Shown here: one piece after another, positions 50,985 to 64,000 of the stretch
How positions within the stretch are numbered: position 1 is the stretch's first letter
Layout: each line of letters opens with the position of its first letter
Assembly (NCBI RefSeq): GCF_009914755.1
Contig: NC_060943.1
Length of the DNA stretch: 64,000 bases
DNA from: the human T2T-CHM13v2.0 reference genome, Homo sapiens
Strand: one strand, 5' to 3'
Made by a program: the position numbers and the translations under genes
The notes under the pieces: generated by a model
Databases searched by the model: none
Seen by the model: the letters and a program-made list of their open reading frames with translations, nothing else
What the model was told of the DNA's origin: nothing

Positions 50985-53465
50985 CAAAAGACAAAATTAC
51001 AACTAATGTAGTTATAGATTTTATTTTTCATTTATTATTTGAGGCAGCTCTCACTCTACAAATATAGTGACAGCCCTCCCTGAGCTATACAATAACAAAA
51101 CAGTGGGTTTTGTCAAGTGGGAACCAGTAAACAAAGCCATATAAATAAATAAATTGGTGAACATTAGGGTACTTCAGGTCTCTTTTCTGTAAAAGTTAAA
51201 GCAGAGGAAACTTTTATTATGCTATCTCAGGTAGAGTGGAATCTCCTCTTTTCAACAAAAAACAAAGGTCTGCTCTGGTATCTCTTTGCTTCATTAAAAT
51301 TTCAGTTGTAGACTGTAGCATTTAGCAGGAGTGGTTCTATTTTGGAGTCTCTAGGCTCTCACTTAGGTGAGAGTGTGACCAAAATTTAAAGCATTGGCAT
51401 TCATCTCAGTAACCATCATATTGGGCTTCCATCATTTATAAGTTTATGATGTCTTCCTGATCACACATTTCTTTGAGTTTTTGTCATTTCAGCCAAAGAG
51501 AGACCCTTTGGTATTTGTTGATGGCTGCACACAAAACTTTTTAAAAACTTTTGTAGAATTCACCACACCAAAATATAGAATTTTAAAACCTATAGAATTT
51601 ATCACACCAGAGATGCTACTAGTATGACTATCAGGAGGATAACACCAAAAGTTTGGAGTATGCACTTTAGGCAAGATGCAAACCAACTAAAATAGAATAG
51701 ATCAAAGAATGAGCCAGAAGAGTCTAGCAATTTTAACCAAGTAGTATGTTTGGTAACTTCTGTGATTGAGTCATTATTATACTCGATGTATTTCTTTATG
51801 TGCAACAGTCAGTGTCAGAAACAGCACAGGCTCCTCCCTGTTCAGCTGGTAGGGAACAATTTTATTATGTAGCATTCGACGGCTCATTAAATTAAAACAG
51901 GGAGTGAGAACAAGTGAGTCTGAAAATGTAACTTTAAAAGGGACCACTGTACATTTGAAGAAAGAAGTGTGTTAAAGATGCTGCTAATGTCAGCCGTTGG
52001 GTGGACTAAATGATATCTTATGTAAAAATTTGAGGGTGACATGATATATCTGCCACTCTGTTACGCTACTCTCAGAAGCTACTTCATGTGAAATTCTAAT
52101 GATACCATCATCGTGCCACGTGAAAGAGGCAGGCATAAGCATGGACAAATTAAGAGGGCTAAGAGCCTGATTTTGATGTGGAGACTTGTTCTGACAACTT
52201 GGGAAAAGCTTTTGACAGTGTGAAGTTGTCAACTTCTTATCCTGGTTTTAAGTTTGAGTGTCTGTAGTTATGGTGTCAAACATATTGGTGAGCTCTGAGT
52301 GACTCATACCTCAGGCACGAGGGTTTTCCCGTGAAATTTACATTGAGCTTTCCACCTCCAACTTATAGGGCTTCAGGAACAAAGCAGATTTTGTTCTTAC
52401 TGATTCAATAAGAGAAAACTGGATGGGAGGAAATAGAAGAATTCAGGGTCTAGTCCAGTCTACCGGTGAATAATAAAAACTCAAAAACAGTGAACAGAGC
52501 TGCAATTTCATAGCAGGTATACTACACTTTTTATTTTCAACATTATTTTTCTCTCTATAGGCATATCTATTTTTACCAAAGAGAATCCCAGTAGGACAAA
52601 TTCGTTTCCAAAGTAGGTTTAGTCTTATCAGACTTTGCCGGGATTCTTTACATAAGTGCATCAAGAGTAACAATGGACCACAGAGGCTCTTCCTAAAGTT
52701 TGCTTCCCTAGAAGTTTTTATAAGGAGTCTCAGATTAAACTTTTACAAGCCTCTTGAGATGAGGAAGCCAAATGAAGGCCATCTTCAGCCTTTGCATGCA
52801 GTACTTATGGGTCCATTCTATGTATATTCTCAAATATAACATCTTAGTCAAAGCCTTGGTAATATAACCAATGTTTTGAAACGTGTCCTTTTGTAAAGAG
52901 AGAAGACTCTTACTAAACTTGTGCAAATAACTGTATTAGCATAATCATATGAATACTCATGAATAGTTTCCCAATCCTGGGACAGTTAGGAAAAGAGCAA
53001 AAATAAATGGGCTTCAATTATTGTTTCCAAAAGTATACTTTACCAAATTGCTTTAGATATAGATAGCTTAAAAGAAGAAAAATTCCATAAATCTGGAAAA
53101 AATCATTTAAAGAATCAGCAAATTTTCAAATAAAAATTATAAAAACATTATCCACATTATCATTTATTTCAATGAAATTATATTTGTTCTGCTTGGTCTC
53201 GGTGGGCATATTTCATGAAGGCATCAACCTGTTTGTTAACGTTTTGGAAGTCTATAGACAGTCCAGTGATATAACCTTGAACTGCTCAGAAACTTGTATG
53301 CAAGAGTACTTGTCAGTATCTTTTCCATAAATCTTTTGAAATAGAAGCAATTTTGGACTGTAGCTGATTGCAGATGCTTTCAGGAAGAATCAAAACAACT
53401 ATCTGTGAATTACCAACATGTAAAATGACTATTGCTAAAACTCTGATAAGAGTTTGGTATAATAA
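50985..53465 (-). mobile_element. ERV1 remnant (MER65-like): probable 3' LTR about 50985-51350 plus internal sequence; third, more diverged copy of the PSG 3' module
   Basis: 52015-53465 aligns by eye to 9548-10793 and 28652-30100; retains DWTRP* (52443-52459) but the EAL acceptor is mutated. LTR assignment tentative. Confidence 0.65.
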
Positions 53466-53552
53466 AGAGAGTAACTCTGGCCAGTACACCAGTCATGATG
53501 CTGACAGTGGCCCCAACTGAGAGACCAAAAGAACTTTCTTGTCCTGAAGCAG
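53410..53552 (-). other. Orphan CEACAM M-like exon, open in phase 1, fused to ERV sequence
   Basis: Strong acceptor (T-rich tract, ccatgacag); reads AASGQESSFGLSVGATVSIMTGVLARVTLFIIPNSYQSFSNSHFTCW*; no A or B exons found upstream within the window. Confidence 0.75.
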
Positions 53553-53620
53553 CTGTCATGGAAAAAAAAAAAAAAAGAAGAGAAGGAATAAATTATAAAG
53601 ACAGCAAGGGTTTTAGCCAA

Positions 53621-53912
<292 letters not shown>

Positions 53913-55127
53913 TTTCATGCTTTTTATAATAAGAATGAACTCCTTATGTAATAATAAATAAAAAGAAATTATTTGCTTTGGATGTAGCAAATGTAGATTG
54001 ACCAGAGTCAGGAGCTAAGCCTCATATTTTTTTTGGCTTTAGCTCAGTGTAGAGTGCATTGAAGGTGTCCCAAAAATAATTCCATATAGTAAGCCAACTT
54101 TAAACCCTGCTCACAGCCAGATCTGCCAAGTATGAGCCAGGTAAAATTACCAAAAAGGGTGGTTCTGACTGACTCCTTAACAATAACGTGGCTTACAAAC
54201 AAAGACTGATATGAAATAGTCGATCCAACCCAAACACTTTGCTCATTTCCCAAAATTTTCTATACAAACATATACAACTTATCACAACATAAAGAACATA
54301 ATGAAAGTTTGCCTTTTATTCGTTTAAATGACCATATGTTTAGATCTGATGTACTGACAGCGATAATTCTCCATTAAGCAGAAACCTAATAAAATTTGAA
54401 AAATAGTGATTTTATCTTTAGATGATACTCAGATCTTCTGCTACATATGTGGAAAATGGAATTATTGCTAGAAACATTGTTTAAAGATTAGGGTATGAAA
54501 GGAGTATTAGGAAGTCAGGAGGTTCTTTCTTTAGGAAGCAGCTTATCTGGATTCATTCAAAGAGCTTTATGCGAGTTTGAGGTCTTTCTGCAAAATGTAA
54601 ATTGCTATCTGAGAAACCATATATAGTCCAATGATGAAAGAATGCAAAGCCTTAGAAGCACCGGAGACAATTCCAGTATCTTCCCTAAAGTTCTGACAAA
54701 AAGGAAAATAACTATCAAATTATTCAACTCGAATGCTTATTATGTATGTATAAGTCAGTTGGCAGACGAAGAGAGGAGGGAAATATGACTTCTACCCCTA
54801 GGGAACACATAGTCTTGTGGGGCCACTAGGGGTGGTGGTGTGACCTGCCTGGAGCAGCGCTAAATATGGACTTGTGAGTGAAGGGCTATCAAAACCTAAG
54901 TAAACTGATTGCCGTTCAGAGAAGGTAGAGTTCCATTCCACAGTTTGCAAGAAGGACTATTTCATGGAGGAGGTCATGTTGGACTAGACCTTAAAAAGTT
55001 GGTAGAATTTAAAAGCAAGGATATGGAAGCAGGAAGAGTGAAAGTGAGCAGAGGTACAGAAGTGAGGCAAGGGTGAGCAGTGTTAATTTTTTAATGGTGG
55101 TATTATAAAACACACATCAAAATTTGC

Positions 55128-55430
55128 CATATTATTATTATTATTTTGTAGACAGTGTCTGGCTCTGTTGCCCAGGCTGGAGTGCAGTAGCTCAATCATG
55201 GCTCACTGTAGCCTCCACCTCCTGGGCTCAAGCAATCCTCGTACCTCAGCCTGCTGAGTAGCTGGGACCACAAGCATATACCACCATGCCCAGCTAATTT
55301 TTATATTTTTGGGAGTGACGAGTTCTTCCTATGTTGCCCAGGCTGGTCTCGCACTCCTGGACTCAAATGATCCACCTGCCTTAGCTCCAAAGTGCTGGGA
55401 CTACAGGTATGAGCCACTGCACCTGACCCC
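55128..55430 (-). mobile_element. AluJ-like
   Basis: Reverse-complement Alu, (TTA)n tail. Confidence 0.9.
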
Positions 55431-56226
55431 ATCTTAAAAATTTTTAAGTGCACCGTTTAGAAATACATTTGCATTATGCAACCATCAGCGCCACCCATCT
55501 TCAGAGAGTATTTTTCATCTTGTAACAGGGAAAATTCATATCCATGAAACACTAACTCCTCATTCTTCCTCCTCCCCACCCCAGGTAACAACTATTTCAG
55601 TGTCTCTATGATTTTGACTGCTCTAGGGACTTCTATAAATGAGATCATACACTGTGTATCTTTTTGTGACTGGTTTATTTTACTTAGCATAATGTCCTCA
55701 AGGTTCATTCATGTTGTAATATATGTGAGAATTTTTTTCCTTTTGAAGGCTGAATAATATTTCACTGTATGGATAGACCACATTTTGTTTATCCATTCAT
55801 CTATCCATGGACAATTGGGTTGCCTTCACTTTTTGGCTATTGTAAATAATGCTGCTATAAACATTGAGGTACCAAAATCTGTTTGGGTCTCTGCTCTCAA
55901 TTATTTTGGGTTTATACCCAGGAGTGGAATGGCCAGGTCATACAGTACCTCTAGTTTTAGTTTTCTGAGGAACCGCCATAATGTTTTTCACAGTGGTTGC
56001 ACCATTTTAATTCTTATGAATAGTGCACAGGGGTTCCAATTGTTCCACAGTCTCATTAACACTTATTATTTTCTGGGGTTTTTGCTTTGTGTTTGAGAGT
56101 AGCCATTTAAATTGGCATAAGGTATAATTTCATTGTGGTTTGCATTTTCATTTCCTTAATGATTAGTGATATTGATCAATATTTTATATGCTTGCTGGCC
56201 ATTTGTACATCTTCTTTGGAGAAATG
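55431..56226 (-). mobile_element. Old L1 (L1MB-like) 3' fragment
   Basis: tacttagcataatgtcctcaaggttcattcatgttgta and related motifs. Confidence 0.8.
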
Positions 56227-56234
56227 GGAGGGAC

Positions 56235-56550
56235 AGATCCCTCCCATTGAATAGATTAATGTCCTCTCCTGATGGTGAATGAATTCTTCCTCTATTAGTT
56301 CCTGCAAGACCTGGTTGTTAAAAGAGCAGGCCACCGCCCCGGTTTCTCTCTTGCTCCCTTGCTCATGTAATCTCTGCACATGTTGGCTTCCCCTCCTCTT
56401 CTGTGATGAGTGGGAGCAGGCTGTGGCCATCACCAGATGAAGATGCCCAATTTTGAACTTTCCAGCCACCAGAATCATAAGCCAAATCATCCCTTTTCCT
56501 TTATAAATTATCCAGCCTCAGGTATTCTTTATAGCAACACAAAAGGGACA
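56235..56550 (+). mobile_element. MaLR (MST/MLT1) LTR fragment
   Basis: ctttataaattatccagcctcaggtattctttatagcaacacaaaa 3' LTR signature. Confidence 0.7.
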
Positions 56551-58729
56551 AGGACTTTTTATATCTTGCCCCACTGTCTTCTAGCATTTCATGTGTCACA
56601 TAAAGAAATCTTAGCCTCCTAGGTTTTTTTTTTCTGAATATCCACAGAATTCTTTCCATAACTTCAAATACCAGGAATTTATTGGGGTATTTGTTAATTA
56701 TTCAATATAAACACAGCCTTGTAATTCTTGGGCTATTTCTGTCTGCAGATTCAAATTTCACTGTATTTCAGGAATTTCACCTTGAATTGTATCTTTGAAA
56801 ATTTGTTTTCATGTTCCATTCATTTTTTAACCCATGCAAGGCATTTAGTGTTAATGATATTTGATCTCTTCCCTACCACCCCTCCCATCCCCCTCTTTTT
56901 CTCTATCTCTGTCTTCCGTCTTTTACTTTTTGTTCTTTTCCATCTCACATGCTCATTTTTTCTTCTCAAAACCATCCTTTGAATTCCTTCAGTGGTGTCT
57001 CATCTCCCTTTTGCTGCTTCTATCATGACCTTTGATTTTAGTCTCTTTTTGTGTGTCTCTCTCTGAGATTCTGAGGCTCTGCCTATTCTGTTTTTATTCT
57101 CATTTGTTTCTAATTTGTTTCCAAGACTCTGTCTACTCCCTTTTCATTCTCATTTATTACTAATTTATTTCTGAGGCTTTACCCACTCACTTTTCATTCC
57201 CGTCTAACCTAATGTATTATCAGTTCTTCCTTAAAGCCTTATATTGCTTCTTTAAATTCTCATTTCAGAGAAACAATATTGTCTTTAATTGATTCCTTAG
57301 AAATAACTTTGTTCATGGTTTTTGGCTGCGTTGTGGTATATAATCTTTCTGTTTCTCATCTTCATAAATCATGTTCTGTTCTTTTTTCATTTCAGCATCA
57401 TTTTAAAGGCCCCCGGCTGGCTCCACCCTTTTTAAGTAGCATTGTTCCTCATCTTTTTGGACTAGAATTTTGGGCAAAGTTCTGGTGAAAGGGGAAGAGG
57501 AATGTGCTAAACAAATGGGAAGATTGGGTTTCAATCTGTTATCTCCAGGATGTTTCTCAGCTGGACTTGGCCTGTGGGTTATCTGGTCCAGCATAGCAGG
57601 ACATCTTCCAGGCTCACAAGGAGGTTGTGCATTTTACAGAACATTTTAATGTGATTATTTTACCTTCACTTATCTTCACCAGGCAGCTTTGGGCAAAGAC
57701 GGCCAGGTAGCTTTTATCTTATTTACTCTTCCTTCTATCCTATACCATGATTGAAACATGATGTAGGCTTCCAAAACCAGGCCATGAACCTTGATCTTAA
57801 CTTTCTAAGCATGGGATAGACACATTTCCTTTCAATGTGTGCCACACATCCACTTTGGATAACTATGAGCTGGGTCAACTGTGCCTGAGTCACACATAGA
57901 AAGACACCTTCTCTTGGAGTTCCCAAATACCTCCATCCACTTCTCATACACTTGGCTGTCTTCCTGCATCTACAGTGATCCAGTGTTATAGGGGATCTGT
58001 AGCTTCATCAAAGATAACATTTGTTTGTTTCTCCTTCTCTTGTTTGCTTTGGATTGGTTTCATAAAGGAAATGAGACGAAAATATACTTATACTACGATT
58101 TTAAAAGAAAAGATAAATTCCTTCTTTCAAATTCATTCCTTTTTGTTTCTTTCCAATGAATCTCATGGGGTGAGGGGAGGACTGAAGAGAATGTCCAATC
58201 TACTCAAATCCAAAAAGTCACAGGTATAAGGCACAGAAAATTTTACCAGTCTAATGATGGCAGTTTTAATGCTATATAAGGACAGACTATGCAAAAATGC
58301 TATCAATGAGGATGAGGAGCTACAGGAACAAACCTGATGAGGAACTGTAATTCTATTAGAGGGATGTATAGAGCCATCATTTTTTTCTTTAATCCAAAAC
58401 AATTAGATTGCTTATGTAGACAGCCACATGCTATTTGATTGAAATGCACCAGAGGATGCAGATATATATATATATCCTTTTACCTTAATTTCCATTTTAT
58501 TCTTTCTCTCCCTTTTTTTTCATTTATTATTATACTTTAAGTTTTAGGGTACATGTGCACATTGTGCAGGTTAGTTACATATGTATACATGTGCCATGCT
58601 GGTGCACTGCACCCACTAACTCGTCATCTAGCATTAGGTATATCTCCCAATACTATCCCTCCCCCCTCCCCCCACCCCACAACAGTCCCCAGAGTGTGAT
58701 GTTCCCCTTCCTGTGTCCATGTGATCTCA

Positions 58730-62555
<3,826 letters not shown>

Positions 62556-62618
62556 GATGATGTTAGCTGGTTATTTTTCTCATTAGTTGATGCAGTTTCT
62601 TCCTAGTCTCGATGGTCT

Positions 62619-63661
62619 TTACATTTTGGCATGATTTTGCAGCGGCTGGTACCGGTTGTTCCTTTCCATGTTTAGCACTTCCTTCAGGAGCTCTTTTAGG
62701 GCAGGTCTGGTGGTGACAAAATCTCTCAGCATTTGCTTGTCTGTAAAGTATTTTATTTCTCCTTCACTTATGAAGTTTAGTTTGGCTGGATATGAAATTC
62801 TGGGTTGAAAATTCTTTTCTTTAAGAATGTTGCATATTGGCCCCCACTCTCTTCTGGCTTGTAGGGTTTCTGCCGAGAGATCTGCTGTTAGTCTGATGGG
62901 CTTCCCTTTGAGGGTAACCCAACCTTTCTCTCTGGCTGCCCTTAACATTTTTTCCTTCTTTTCAACTTTGGTGAATCTGACAATTATGTGTCTTGGAGTT
63001 GCTCTTCTCGAGGAGTATCTTTGTGGCGTTCTCTGTATTTCCTGAATCTGAACGTTGGCCTGCCTTGCTAGATTGGGGAATTTCTCCTGGATAATATCCT
63101 GCAGAGTGTTTTCCAACTTGGTTCCATTCTCCCCATCACTTTCAGGTACACCAATCAGACGTAGATTTGGACTTTTCACATAGTCCCATATTTCTTGGAG
63201 GCTTTGTTCATTTCTTTTTATTCTTTTTTCTCTAAACTTCCCTTCTCGCTTCATTTCATTCATTTCATCTTCCATTGCTGATACCCTTTCTTCCAGTTGA
63301 TCGCATTGGCTCCTGAGGCTTCTGCATTCTTCACGTAGTTCTCAAGCCTTGGTTTTCAGCTTCATCAGCTCCTTTAAGCACTTCTCTGTATTGGTTATTC
63401 TAGTTATACATTCTTCTAAATTTTTTTCAAAGTTTTCAACTTCTTTGCCTGTTGAAACTTTTTTCAAAGTTTTCAACTTCTTTGAATGTCCTCCCGTAGC
63501 TCAGAGTAATTTGATCGTCTGAAGTCTTCTTCTCTCAGCTCGTCAAAGTCGTTCTCTGTCCAGCTTTGTTCCGTTGCTGGTGAGGAACTACGTTCCTTTG
63601 GAGGAGGAGAGGCGCTCTGCTTTTTAGAGTTTCCAGTTTTTCTGTTCTGTTTTTTCCCCAT
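62619..63661 (-). pseudogene. L1 ORF1, disrupted
   Basis: MGKKQNRKTGNSK start at 63661 terminates at 63473; C-terminal part 62619-63275 ends QPLQNHAKM. Confidence 0.92.
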
Positions 63662-64000
63662 CTTTGTGGTTTTATCTATTTTTGGTCTTTGATGATGGTG
63701 ATGTACAGTTGGGTTTTTGGTGTGGATGTCCTTTCTGTTAGTTAGTTTTCCTTCTAACAGACAGGACCCTCAGCTGCAGGTCTGTTGGAGTACCCTGCCA
63801 CGTGAGGTGTCAGTGTGCCCCTGCTGGGGGGTGCCTCCCAGTTAGGCTGCTTGGGGGTCAGGGGTCAGGGACCCACTTGAGGAGGCAGTCTGCCCATTCT
63901 CAGATCTCCAGCTGCGTACTGGAAGAACCACTGCTCTCTTCAAAGCTGTCAGACAGGGACATTTAAGTCTGCAGAGGTTACTGCTGTCTTTTTCTTTGTC

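Noticed and set aside
42900-53465. Captured env/syncytin-like or other intact retroviral gene
   Set aside because: No long ORF and no env motifs seen; gag and RNase H remnants contain stops.

Overview
Human genomic DNA from the chr19q13.2-13.3 CEA/PSG (pregnancy-specific glycoprotein) cluster. All genes are on the minus strand. Gene and repeat names come from my recall of protein and repeat consensus sequences, not from a database search. Left to right the window holds: (1) the 5' end of PSG5 (leader and IgV N exons, promoter); (2) a complete, intact PSG4 gene (L-N-A1-[dead B1]-A2-B2-C, 1260-nt spliced CDS, 419 aa, ending DWILP); (3) a headless CEACAM-type pseudogene (A, B and membrane/GPI M exons, probably CEACAMP10) with a solo LTR12C inserted 37 nt upstream of its first surviving exon; (4) a nest of retroelements (HUERS-P3/LTR9-like provirus remnant, MSTA, MER65-like ERV1, Alus, L1s); (5) a long, inactivated L1PA running off the right edge. 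Positions 1-10793 and 19144-29898 are a tandem segmental duplication. The most interesting signal is structural: the ERV1-internal module that supplies the short secreted PSG C-termini occurs three times, in three states relative to the CEACAM membrane-anchor exon. In the pseudogene it lies downstream of a frameshifted M exon. In PSG4 it joins the B2 intron directly, with the M exon apparently deleted. At 53.4 kb it is fused to an orphan M exon whose frame is still open. No prokaryotic features, CRISPR arrays, rRNA or tRNA genes were seen.
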